A stretch of 64,000 bases of DNA from Amoebophrya sp. A120 (lineage: Eukaryota > Protista > Dinoflagellata). Numbering within the stretch: position 1 is the first letter of the stretch; every line of letters begins with the position of its first letter. Location: contig CAJINV010000009.1 in assembly GCA_905178155.1 (NCBI GenBank), positions 1,746,659-1,810,658 on the forward strand, written 5' to 3'. This document shows, piece by piece, positions 20,066-31,171 of this stretch. Under the pieces are notes generated by a model. That model saw only the letters and a list, made by a program, of their open reading frames with translations. It did not search any database and was not told where the DNA came from. Both the position numbers and the translations under genes were made by a program.

Positions 20066-21339
20066 AAAACCATTATTATTATTTATTAAGTTTCAAAAAA
20101 TGCGCTAGCGGAGGTCCCAAAAAAGGGGGGGGCAGAGCCTAGATTTGCGTCTCACCTCGCACGGGAAGATGCGGCTCCCAGGTACCTCGTCAGCATACAA
20201 AAAACACGGAGAAAACATGTCGTGCGTGCAGTCGCTCAAGTCGTAATAAATAAAAGAACTATCTGCTAGCCAGCCAACAAAGTCGGCTATGGCAGCGATT
20301 GTCCAGGTTTCACGGTCTGTCTTTCTCTGCGGGTTCACTTTTCAACTTCTTTCACCGGGCTCTCTTGTGGCACGAAACTCTAGGTAGGCTAGTTCGACTA
20401 TTTCTAGGTAGCTCTAATCTAAACATAAAGATCTACTCGTCGCTGATTTCGAAAGGCAGAAAAAGTCGCTTTTTTTTGTAACGGAGGAGGCGGAATGAGC
20501 TACAGGTCGGGGAGATAATGTTTCTCTTAACAAAGACAGGCTGATACTGTGCTAAGGGAAAAGGCAAAGCTAGAGCAAAAGTGAGCGAGTGCATGATTTT
20601 CTTATCGGGACAAGGTGAGTTTTACAAAAAAGGAAAGTAAAGACGAGTATTAGGTCGAGGGGTTAATAATACAACGCTCGCAAGATCCGCTTTATCACCA
20701 CTAACTAAAGTTACACCTACACGCTCTCCCCAACACGATAGTACTACTAAAATCTCCTTTGTTCAACGATAAAGCCGCCTTTTAGCTGGTTTGAGCGTTT
20801 TGATGGCATGGATACCCGTATTCTGGCTACAGGTCGAGCTAAAAACGAAAATAACGAAAAAAAAAGGGCAAACTTGCTTTCAGTTTGGCCTTTAACGCGC
20901 TAACTACAGCAACGCGCTTCTGACTTCTTACAGCTAACCACCTTGTTCTAAACCCGTCCCTCCGCACCGCCCGGAGCCCCCGGTTAAAACCCTTCGTTTA
21001 CCAGCTGGTGACTAATCGCCCGGAAAGACAGCCGCCGCTATGTGGATAAAACGTACCCGAGTCCAGGAGCATCGCGAACAAGAACGTCAGGAGTATGGTT
21101 TTTGAAAAAAAACACTCCCTTGGGGAGCGGGATGCGAAACAAAATGCCACTTTTAAGCTTATGCTAAATGAAAATAAAAAACTACACGCGCTACTACAAT
21201 TCACTCTTACGTACTGAAACACTGACAAAAATCCCGTAGAGACTAGACTTCGACATGAGGTCTACGCTGTGACTTTGTTTCGCAGACGAACCCATGGGAG
21301 CGGCAAGATTACATATCATCGAGTCGGAAAAGCAGAAAG

Positions 21340-22950
21340 CTACCCGATGCCAAGTCGATCGCTCTTCTTGATGACAATCTTTTTCTTTCCTCGACCAGCA
21401 GCAGGTTGCTGAGCTGCTTGATCACCAGTCTTCCTCCTCGGCCCCCTCTTCTTCCGCTTAGCAAGATGAGGCGCGGGGTGTGCTAGAATCGAATCCCGAA
21501 GAACAACTGCAGCAGCTCGCGCTTTGCCGATGTCATCACCATGGTCCTCGACATAAACAGTTCGGTGGATCGACTCTTTGACCCCAGCAGGCGTGATGAC
21601 TGGCACGATGACCCGAAAACACCCCTTCCAGCTGCTGGCAGCTGCACTAGCTCCGGTCTTCCACCACGTTATCCCCTTGAGCCCAGCAAGAGTATCACTC
21701 TTGGGCGGTGCTACCTTTCCTGGCATAAATGCAGCATCAAGGAGCATTTTCTTCTTTGGCTTTTTACTTTTAACAGTTTCGGTCGGGGGAGCAACTGCAG
21801 GGCGATCGAGGATGGAGACAAGAACTTCATCGGCTTTCCGCTGCTTGATGGACCGCATGTGCCGGAACGCCGTGAAGAAAGAGCGAAACTTTTTACCAGC
21901 AAATGCCGGGACCCGAAGGGGCGCAACAGCAGGTCTGCCTCCACCAGCATCATCGTCAGAGGATGAGGAAATGGACACCGTAGAAGACGAACATGCATCA
22001 GAGTTGTTGTTCAAATCGCGCGCCCAGGACCATCCAATTACTTCGAAGTCGTCAAACCCGTCAAAAGCGTCATCCTCACGCTCAAGATCATCACCAGCGC
22101 CTTCAAGTTTACTCCGCTTCGTCTGCTTCTGGTTGAAGATCGTCTCACACTCGGCGCAGAAACATAGCACACTGCCGATTGATCCGCTAGCAGGGTTGAC
22201 GTCGACCTTGTACTCACTAAACTGCACAACTTCGGCCTGCAGGGCGAGATACTGCGACGCAACTTCTCTCTGGTGTTCCTCAGCAGCACCAAGAACTGGC
22301 TCACAAAAGAGATCATCATCACCAGGACCGATGGCACTAGAAGCAAGAAGATCACGATCATCGTCAAGAAGGAATAGAGACCGATACTGCGACACTGAAC
22401 AGAGGGACACGAGTTTATTTATCATCTCCTTCTTCTTCGTAACCGGTGCGCCGTTTGCGTTGATAGCAGTGGATACATCAGGAATGGACTTGACGTGCTT
22501 GACCTGTGCCTCAACGTCAGCCCAAAGCTGCAGCGGGGTTCCTAGGCACTCGGGGAGGTGCCACCCCCTACCCGGTCGGAGCGGACAAAGCTGCTGGTGG
22601 TGAAAAATCCGCTTCAACTCGTCAAACCTGTGAAGCTGTCGATGAAGAGCCCCGACAACTACCGGCCTGCGCTGCATGGCATCCCCGCGGAACTGGATCG
22701 CGAAGCGGGTATCACTGAGAGGAGCGGACACAATCTTGCATGTCGGGCAAGAGCTGTACCCGGCGTACCCCGGCGCAACTTGAACGTCATGGATCTTCTT
22801 CAAGTCGGGATCACTGAACTCGCCGCCATGGCCGAACCAAGCGAAAGCAGTACGCCCGTGCGGGTCGATGTCAAAGCAATCATCTTCAGCCCCGAGCCCT
22901 TGGTAGTGGTCAGCCCACCACTGTCGCTCCTTCTTGATGACCTCGGGCAT
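21340..22950 (-). CDS. Hypothetical protein with Cys/His motifs and a C-terminal AP2-like DNA-binding domain
   Basis: 536-aa ORF. KGITWWK...WKGCFRV...HRTVYVEDHG..IGKARAAAVVLRD resembles AP2. It also has CPTC and CAEC pairs and a basic NLS-like tail. Confidence 0.6.
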   Translation of the reverse strand: MPEVIKKERQWWADHYQGLGAEDDCFDIDPHGRTAFAWFGHGGEFSDPDLKKIHDVQVAPGYAGYSSCPTCKIVSAPLSDTRFAIQFRGDAMQRRPVVVGALHRQLHRFDELKRIFHHQQLCPLRPGRGWHLPECLGTPLQLWADVEAQVKHVKSIPDVSTAINANGAPVTKKKEMINKLVSLCSVSQYRSLFLLDDDRDLLASSAIGPGDDDLFCEPVLGAAEEHQREVASQYLALQAEVVQFSEYKVDVNPASGSIGSVLCFCAECETIFNQKQTKRSKLEGAGDDLEREDDAFDGFDDFEVIGWSWARDLNNNSDACSSSTVSISSSSDDDAGGGRPAVAPLRVPAFAGKKFRSFFTAFRHMRSIKQRKADEVLVSILDRPAVAPPTETVKSKKPKKKMLLDAAFMPGKVAPPKSDTLAGLKGITWWKTGASAAASSWKGCFRVIVPVITPAGVKESIHRTVYVEDHGDDIGKARAAAVVLRDSILAHPAPHLAKRKKRGPRRKTGDQAAQQPAAGRGKKKIVIKKSDRLGIG

Positions 22951-24295
22951 CGCGTGCTTGTCGGTGAGGTAAAAATCGAACCATGTTCATGATTCATTTG
23001 TGCAAGTTCTTCACCATCAAGGCTTATTCTCAGTCTCTTCTTCGCTCAGCTTGCGTCATCACGAGGACGAGCAACTACCCACTCATTCACTCTTTGGCAC
23101 ATATTCGCTGCTTTTCTTCTCGGTTTCAAGAAGCGTTATTTGGAACACAAGCAGTACAACAACTCAATCGCAGCCATCAAATCACACAACACATCGCCCT
23201 CGCTATTATTTATTTGAGATTTTGTATTTGTTTTCTGGTCTATTTTGCAGTAGATCACGCAACAGATCTCGGGAACGCATCGCGTCGGAAGGGGACCTTC
23301 ATTCATATTTGTGTGCGAAATTGTTGTTACTTTCTGATATCAAATAATTTGAATTTCATTTTCAACTCAAAGAAGGTCAAATGAAGTTCAAAAGTATCAC
23401 CCAATTTAGCCATTGGCGTACTTAGAGTGACCGCTTTCTAATAAATCTGCAAAGAAAGAGAATGAAACGCGATTTCCATTTGGTAGAAAATCGAAGCGAA
23501 AACGCCAGTGCCGGCGAGTTATAGTAAAGTTGGAGAACATAAACAAACAAGCAAATTAGTTCTGATTCTGGAGAAACCTCATCTGACAATCAACAGTTGT
23601 TGGCTTTTGGAATAAGTACTTATCTGTCATCGACGTCAATGCCATAAAATTGGCATCTGAAGGCGGCATATTCGTGAAGTTCTCTGATAAGGTAGATGTC
23701 ACTGGCACCGAGAGACAGGCGAGACCCCACAAAACACTGAGTCACACAATCACATGCACTTACTAGTTCAGATTCGTTATTTCTGTTGCCTTACGCTTGC
23801 GGTACCGCTAGAAATGCGGCCCACACGATGGAGGAACCACAACCACCAGGGTTTCTCTGCTCCTGTATAGAAGACTGGACCCCCTGCTGGAAGATGAAGC
23901 TACCAGTACCAGCACGAAGTAATAGGTTAGAACATTTTACAAATTAAGTACAACTTTCCGATCGGATTGTGATTCGGATTCCGAATCGGAGCGGAGCAAT
24001 GATCTTCAAAACAATATAAAATTACTACTTCTACCTAGTATTAACAGCAAACACACCGAGGTGGGCATGCCGTTTATCTTTTTGCTCTACAACACTTCAG
24101 GTGATATACTTGAATCGATTCAATCATACACAGTGTCACAAGCAGGGAAACCAAAAAATCTGGAAAATAGTTCAAACGGAGGCGGCTGAAAGGACGAGCT
24201 ACCAACTGATCCGAAGAATCATAAAATCTTGATCTTCCAAATGTTGCATACTAGAAACCACGGCAAAAAACAGTCAAACTACTACAGGTGTTGCC

Positions 24296-26221
24296 CTACG
24301 AATCCCAGGAAATCTGAAAACTCAAGATTTTATTGGGCACCTCCTGGCGAAACTGCATTCCATTGTGGTCTTCATAAAACTCGCGCAGGATGTCCAGGAC
24401 GGCTTGTCGATGCACCTCGAGTCCCGTGGCGCGCGCGTAGACAGCTCCATTTCCCACTGCCGCCTTCTCCTCTTGCTGGAGCAACCGCTTCCACTGGGCC
24501 GACTGATACAGCTTCGCCATTCCTCGGCTCTCCCACGTGGGAAAGGCCGCCTCAAAGACCTCCGCGCCGACCGTAACACGCACCTGAAACATGTCGACCA
24601 AGGGCCCGATTTCCCGCTGGTGCTCGTCCTTCGCGACATACTTACACCGGAGTTGCTCAGCAGTGCACACACTGAGCAGGGAAAAGGAGAGGAAAGAGTT
24701 CTTGCTAACCCTTTTCTTGTCGTGCTCATGGAAGGCGACGTCAACGGATCCGTGCATCTGCGAGGCACCTGTATCAAATTGATGCATTCTTGACGATAAC
24801 AAGTACAGCAAATGAGCATGAGGACATCTTTTTCCCATTGAGGAGTCGCTGGTTTTGATGTCCATGTTCCAAAAGATCTCTGAAAAAAATCAAAAGTTCG
24901 AAGTGTAAGCGAGTGGGAGGGACTGGGACGAGCATATCAACATGACTACCAAACAACTTCTATCGAAGTTGGCAGTAATCATCCGCGCGCGAGCGGCCGA
25001 TGAATTCATTGTACCAACCCGTCGGCTCTGAATATGCAAAAAATAAATACACATAAGTACGCAATGGAATTGCACAGCAGCATCTAGTTATGAATAGCGA
25101 GCACACACAGACACACACGCACAGACACACTACTTACCTGCCAACGTTGCAACCTGGACGCACTTCGCAAATGTCCCGCGCAAAACCGGAGCCAAATGCT
25201 CCGCGCGTTTCGTCACAGCGATCTTCGTGAGATAGGCCGGATTGAGCAGGACATCGTCGATCGGATTAAGGTAGTCGCCGATCTTTCTCAAGCAGTCGAG
25301 CGGAAGCACAGGCGGTTGCTTTTTTCCAGCTGCCCTTCGCGCGTTCAAGTATCGCGTTTGGTTTTCCGCCAGACTCATGTTCAAGGCCACCCACGAAGTC
25401 CGGTTGCTTGGTAGTCGTACGTGCGCGTTGTACTTCTCAGCTGTGTTCAGCTCTTCGAGTCTGTGCACCCTCGAAGGAACGACTGGCCGCGCGCCACTAT
25501 TTGTGGTCTCGTTCTCGTCAGTCTTGCTACTCTGCCTTTCTTCCCGTGCCAGTTTTGGACTGACTTGACTGTTTCTCGACGTTACCCACACAAGACAGCA
25601 GCCCGCTAATTTACCTGAAGGCAAACATACAAACTAAAACTCTACTGAAGTCTATTAATATTATTAATAATGCAGCTCACGAACAAGACCCAGTCGCAGT
25701 CCCGTGTAGTCATAGCAACGTCACACGTGGTTCTAGTACTAGTACCAATCCATGACAGACGATAAAAACGATAATTAATGCGCTTCTTGTATTCAATGCT
25801 TTCGATCGATATGCATCATGTCGGTACTTTATTGTACGCCAATGCGTGTATACTCTCATACAATCAACATGAAAACAACCATAGGTGAAAACGACTGATG
25901 AAGAGACATATAATTTTTACGAAGATGATTTATACCTTGCAACTGGCCTCCTCCCTTAGTGATGGAGAATGAAAACCGGCCTTCCTCAGCAGCACGACGG
26001 CACGCGATGTGATTATGCAGATCCTCTTCGAGCGGAACGCGAAATTTGGCCAATTTTGTTACACGCTGCATCGTCTTCAGGGTCTCTTTTGGCCCGAGGC
26101 TTTGCATTTGTTGTGTCAATTGGTCGTGGTCGCGCGTGTAGCCTTGGATGAAGGCGGCGCAACGCTCCTCAACCCATTTGCCACACTGCGACGACACGCC
26201 CGAGGGCGCATGATTTGACAT
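24296..26221 (-). CDS. Possible multi-exon hypothetical gene or gene relics
   Basis: Three protein-like minus-strand ORFs (25856-26221, 25130-25624, 24296-24865) and a consensus donor CAG|GTAAGT near 25137. No domain recognised. Confidence 0.3.
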
Positions 26222-26877
26222 TCTGCGGCTTTGTAAGGATTCAAGACGGGAAATGAAGTCAAGCCTACGACTGGAAAAAATACGCTTCTCGAAAGCTCAC
26301 TTTTACTTTCTCAGACTGTACCTACTAGAATTGTCGTACATAGCATATTGTAAGCGAGAGCCATCACTTAGTACAGTCTCTCTGTGCAGTAAAATCTGCA
26401 CGTTGATGTTATAATACAGAAAAGAGCGGCAGCAGCTAGATAGCGACTTTGACGTTCTCTCTAGTTTGTTTTCGATATCGCTTTGGATTTCGGCTTCGCT
26501 CTCGCTGCCGATTCAATACAATTTGGTTTATTGATGCCATCAACAGCGAGGAGAGGCTGCAGCTCTGTCTCTGAAAAAGACGATTGTGGATCTTAAAAAT
26601 GAAAAAGCGAAGAAGGCGAACACCAGCAGCAGCAGCCGAAAGTCCGGCAACAACGTTCACTTTTAATTTGTTGCTGCTCTCATCTAGAAACAACAGTTCC
26701 AGCTCGGGAGCGGGAAGTCTTCGACTACTCGAACTCATATTCGAATCAAGGCCGTCCTTTGTCTGGTGAACATGAAGAGAAGCGCTCATCTCATTCGCTT
26801 GGCATTACTCGCGACGTAGTTGTTTAACACAGATTGCTTTTGCGATGTATGTGCAAGTAGTTCATCTTGCTCACCTA

Positions 26878-29800
26878 TCATTTCTTCTTCCCCTTCCCCT
26901 TCTTCCCTCCACCTCCCCCAAACTGCCCGCGAATTGCCGTGGGCGGTAATACCTCGTCCGGCCCGACGGGTAGTGTTTCGCCCGGGCCCAACCGGCTCTG
27001 CACGTACTGCTTGAGGTCTCGCAAAACCTTCACCTGCTCAAGCTTTTGCTTCGACAGGAGATCCCAGTAGATGCCGGTAGGTTGTGGCTTTGCCTTTTTC
27101 TCCCGGGGAATGCGGATCACTTTTGTCGGCGTGAGAATGATGTCCACACAAACGTCGTGGGGAAGCAAGTATGGTTCTTGTGAGCCCGGCACGCTGGCTC
27201 CTTGACACGATGCTGATTTTTCCGGTAATAAAGCGTTTTCAGCATGTTCTCCCACTCGTCCCTCGTCGCCGGCCGCGCTGTCATCCGTCTGTTTCTTTCC
27301 TGGCGGAGGTGGTATGTCCGTGCAGAGTTGGCAATCGTGGACGTGGGTCAGGACCGGCGTGTTCTCGTCGATCTGGCCCATCATTCGCAGCACGCCGTAC
27401 TCGATCTCCGCGAAGCCCTCGCCTTTGCCTATCCGCGCGCCGTTCTCCGGGTTTACCGCGACGCTGCCGATGACCACCAAATCCACCTTCAGGCTGATTT
27501 CGTCAAAGTCCAGCCGCTTCCCGATCGCGTTCGCGCCGCCGCTTGTAGACACGTAGGCGAGCGCCTGGCTCAACGAGTTTTCGTTTTCCCGACGCCACGT
27601 TTCGAGAATCGCGGGCGTGATCTTGCTGAAAAAGCCCTTCAGCAACCGCGGCTGCGGGACCAGCAGGGTCTTGTTCTGCTTCAGCGTGTTGAACCGGATC
27701 TGCTTCTGTGGTGTGTCCGGGTTCACCTTAACGACAGTGGCGGCGATGAATTCTGGAATGTTCAGAATTTGCTCCGCGGCGCCGGCGGCGTTCTTGAAGT
27801 TGGGAATCCGGTGGTGCACGGGGCGCGGAAATTCGGCGAGATTGTGTTTCTCAAGGTAGTCCCAGATACGGTGCCGGATCGCCCATTTCCAGTCGGTGTT
27901 GGGCCTCGTCGTCGTGGTGCTGGAGGCCGAGGACAGGAGCACGTCCGACTTCGTCTTGGAATTCGGCCGAGGTGGCTGGGCGGTGCTGTTTTCTTTCTTG
28001 CCGCTCTGAAGATCGCCTGGGCTGGAAGCGTGCTTCGTCGCGGCCGCTGCGTCTATCTCCTCGGTTTCAGCATCTTCACAGTTGGCGTTTGCCGGTGCCT
28101 TACCCTTGTTCCAACGCCCCCTGCCCCGCGTGCGGGGCTTTTTTTCCTTCTCGTCCGCACCGTCTGCGCGGGCCTGCTCAGTGACAATATCGTCTTCGGC
28201 GCGAAGAGCCGTGGGTTTGTTCAGTTCCTTGCGGAGGTCCGCGCTAGATGAAATAGCAGCAACGTTTTTCCGCGCTTTTCCGTCATCCTCACTTCTGCTG
28301 CTGCAACTAACGAAAGGCACCCCCTTCCCGTTGTCTGCCGAGAGGTTCGCGGTTGTAAGCAAATCTGCACCTCCGACATGCGTCGCGACCAGCGCGTCGG
28401 CGAAAGCCCTACCTGACCGAAAGGCCGCACCTATGTTGTTGCCGCACAGCCAGTCGCCCACGACGCCTAGCCTGTGCTCAGCCTCATACAAGAAGCCTCC
28501 GGTCGCTCCTGAGTCGCTTGTCGTGACCGGCAGCTGATTCGCGGGAAGTGCTGCGCCCCACAGCTGCAGGTGGCGGACCTTCACATCAAAATCGACGTTT
28601 TTATCTGCGACGGTGCTGCTACCGAAGCCAAAGCTTATAGCGACAGCGTCTGGAAGGTTTGTGCAAAATTCGCGAAATGCTCTGCATACCGCAGTCGTGA
28701 CAGTCTCAAAAACGTCATTCGGAATGTTTTCTTGTGGGCACTTATGCTTGCTCGCAAATTCAGGCGTTGTCAGAATTGTCCAAAATTGGGTGCTTTCTTT
28801 CCCCGTCAGCTTGATGTGGTCATGAAGATCTTTTTTCTGGCCATACTTTCGGCTGTTGTTAGCCACAGTTTTCAGAACGGGATGGTTTTCAATGTTGAAA
28901 AGCCAGGGCGAAGATGAAGCGCCCTGCGGTGCAGGAAGGGTCGTCCCGACACCAGCACCAAGATTCGTTTCCAGCACGATTGAGAACTGCGATAAGATGT
29001 CCAGTTTGTTGCTGCTCGGACGATACGGCTCCGCAGCCTTACCTTTACCTTTTCCTTTGTTGCTGCCTCGTATCGCGGGGTCAAAGTCAAAGCTTAAGTT
29101 ATCTTTTTCTTTCACTGTCTCCGATTTCATCTCCTCCTCCTGGCTCTTTCTTCTCGCGTCCGAAGCCTCGTCGCCGCTGACGAATCGGCATTTGAGATAT
29201 TTAGACGCAATCTGGGAGTGCCGGATCCAAGCCGTGTCGATGAGTCTGGTGGCACATTTGCCGCAGTGCGCAATCACCAAATGCGTGTACTTCTCCTTTC
29301 GCCACGTTTGGTTCTCCTTAAGCAGCCAATGGTCTTTCGCGAAGTAAATTTCGGAAATCCATGTCTTCAAGTGCAGGGGGTATCGAGGACAAGAATTCAC
29401 TAGATACTGCGGCAGTGCAGCGACGCCTGCGTGAGCGATCGCACCACCACCAGCCTCAGCACGAACCGTTTTCGGATTTTTCCTTGTCTCATCGGATGAT
29501 ATGTTTGTGGCAGTCGCTGCGGCGGACCTGGCACTTGTTGGCAGAAGTAACACGTCCTCTTTGATGTCAGCTAGCCTATTGCTATTGTCTGCCTTGTTTC
29601 CTTCTACAGCTGCGTTATAATTTCCGCCCTCTGTGACTGTGCGCGTTCGAAACTGTTTTCCTTCTTTTTTCTGATTCTGGCCGAGGCAATACTCCAGGTT
29701 GAGAACTTCTGTTTTCGGATCGACCCGCCGCACAATCCCGGCGTCCAGGAGTTCCTGGGCTTCTCCTTCGGTGAACCCGCGGAAGACCTGACACGCATGA

Positions 29801-30054
29801 TCGACAGCGACGGCGGAATTGTCGAAAACTCGAGAACTGCACCGCCCGCCGGGGTAGACCTTGCCCGTGTCGAAAACGGCGCACTTGATGCCTGCGCCAC
29901 TCAGCCTGTGTGCCAGCGCTAGCCCCGAAATGCCACCCCCGATAATTGCCACATTGGACGACACGCAGTCGTCAACAGCGGTTGCGCTTTTGCCCTTCTC
30001 GTCTCCATTTTTTGGCGTATTTGTATTTCCGACATTCTTGGTGTGGCCCCGCAT
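26878..30054 (-). CDS. Fusion of a renalase-like FAD oxidoreductase and an MTHFSD-type 5-formyl-THF cyclo-ligase-like domain
   Basis: N-part: AIIGGGISGL, GGRCSSR, DHACQVF, GDWLCGNNIGAAFRSG. C-part: IWDYLE..FPRPVHHRIPNF, VKVNPDTPQ, VDLVVIGSVAV, GARIGKGEGFAEIEYG, VHDCQ, HDVCVDIILTPT. One uninterrupted ORF. Confidence 0.88.
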   Translation of the reverse strand: MRGHTKNVGNTNTPKNGDEKGKSATAVDDCVSSNVAIIGGGISGLALAHRLSGAGIKCAVFDTGKVYPGGRCSSRVFDNSAVAVDHACQVFRGFTEGEAQELLDAGIVRRVDPKTEVLNLEYCLGQNQKKEGKQFRTRTVTEGGNYNAAVEGNKADNSNRLADIKEDVLLLPTSARSAAATATNISSDETRKNPKTVRAEAGGGAIAHAGVAALPQYLVNSCPRYPLHLKTWISEIYFAKDHWLLKENQTWRKEKYTHLVIAHCGKCATRLIDTAWIRHSQIASKYLKCRFVSGDEASDARRKSQEEEMKSETVKEKDNLSFDFDPAIRGSNKGKGKGKAAEPYRPSSNKLDILSQFSIVLETNLGAGVGTTLPAPQGASSSPWLFNIENHPVLKTVANNSRKYGQKKDLHDHIKLTGKESTQFWTILTTPEFASKHKCPQENIPNDVFETVTTAVCRAFREFCTNLPDAVAISFGFGSSTVADKNVDFDVKVRHLQLWGAALPANQLPVTTSDSGATGGFLYEAEHRLGVVGDWLCGNNIGAAFRSGRAFADALVATHVGGADLLTTANLSADNGKGVPFVSCSSRSEDDGKARKNVAAISSSADLRKELNKPTALRAEDDIVTEQARADGADEKEKKPRTRGRGRWNKGKAPANANCEDAETEEIDAAAATKHASSPGDLQSGKKENSTAQPPRPNSKTKSDVLLSSASSTTTTRPNTDWKWAIRHRIWDYLEKHNLAEFPRPVHHRIPNFKNAAGAAEQILNIPEFIAATVVKVNPDTPQKQIRFNTLKQNKTLLVPQPRLLKGFFSKITPAILETWRRENENSLSQALAYVSTSGGANAIGKRLDFDEISLKVDLVVIGSVAVNPENGARIGKGEGFAEIEYGVLRMMGQIDENTPVLTHVHDCQLCTDIPPPPGKKQTDDSAAGDEGRVGEHAENALLPEKSASCQGASVPGSQEPYLLPHDVCVDIILTPTKVIRIPREKKAKPQPTGIYWDLLSKQKLEQVKVLRDLKQYVQSRLGPGETLPVGPDEVLPPTAIRGQFGGGGGKKGKGKKK

Positions 30055-31171
30055 CAGATCGGGCCATAAATTAAAGACAACTTCAATTATATAACTCGTC
30101 GGGGACGGGGACAAAAGAAAAGAGAGAGAAAATAACGAAATGAAAAATGCGAGGGTGGTGGAGAAATGACTCGATACGTCTACGTCCTGATACTGATCGT
30201 AGAGAGATGAAGATTGATGTAGTCGTCGATGTAATCTGAGTATGTTGACGAGAGCTCATGCTCGATGTCAGTCCTGGTGGAGCCTAATTTTTCACAGAGA
30301 GACACAAATGTCTTACTTTTTGCCAGGATTCACGCCGACATGGGCATCGCGGTGGCGACTTTTTCCTTTCGTGGCTCATCAGATCGAGAAGGAACTTGTC
30401 TCGTCGACCACGTTGAAGACAACAGAAGATGCACTGCATCACTTAAAATAACCACTGAAAATAAATGGTGCGTGCGACCTTCTCCTGAAAAGACCGACAT
30501 ATTACGTCCTCGCGCGCCGTCATAAACAATACCCAATTCATTTGAATTCCTTCAACGTGATTTATTTTTTTTTTGGATAATAGAACATGAGCGGCGGACC
30601 TCGCGCCACGCGGTTTCTGGCAACAGCCAACGTCTGAATTCGAGCCTGGAGCTGGCGACCTTTATCAGGTTACAACAAGATAGCCGACATGGATTGGGTT
30701 CTGAGGAGCACAACAGTCGTGCGGTGTACGTGTACAAGTCTGCTTTACAATCATCATTATCATCATCTGCTTGTAAAAAAAATCGGGCCAGCACTCTCGT
30801 CTTTAATGCCAGCATTTTCTGGCGTGCGGGCTACGGTCTGAAGCTAATAAATCCTTCTGAGACCACGACGAGTAGGTCCTTTGTAAGAGCTTGCATAAGC
30901 TTATACACCGTTGCGAGAGCAGCAAAAAAATCAATATCAACATAAAGATATACATAAGGCAGTGCACTTTCCTTAGCACTTCACCTCAAAAATGCATGCA
31001 GCATGGCTCATTCTGAACCTGAACCACCTACCAAAAAGGGCATGCTAATGCGTCAGCAAAGTTCAAAACAAAATCAAACTTGTCGTCTTGAGTTTTGCGG
31101 ATTTATTTTGCCATCTACGAACGTACGTTCATAGAATGGTCCTTCTCAAGAATCACGGTGGGCGTCTCTAG

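Noticed and set aside
20080-21240. 5' UTR or ORF1 of the LINE
   Set aside because: It lies outside the 14-bp TSD and is stop-rich. It may be a decayed unrelated sequence but I cannot identify it.
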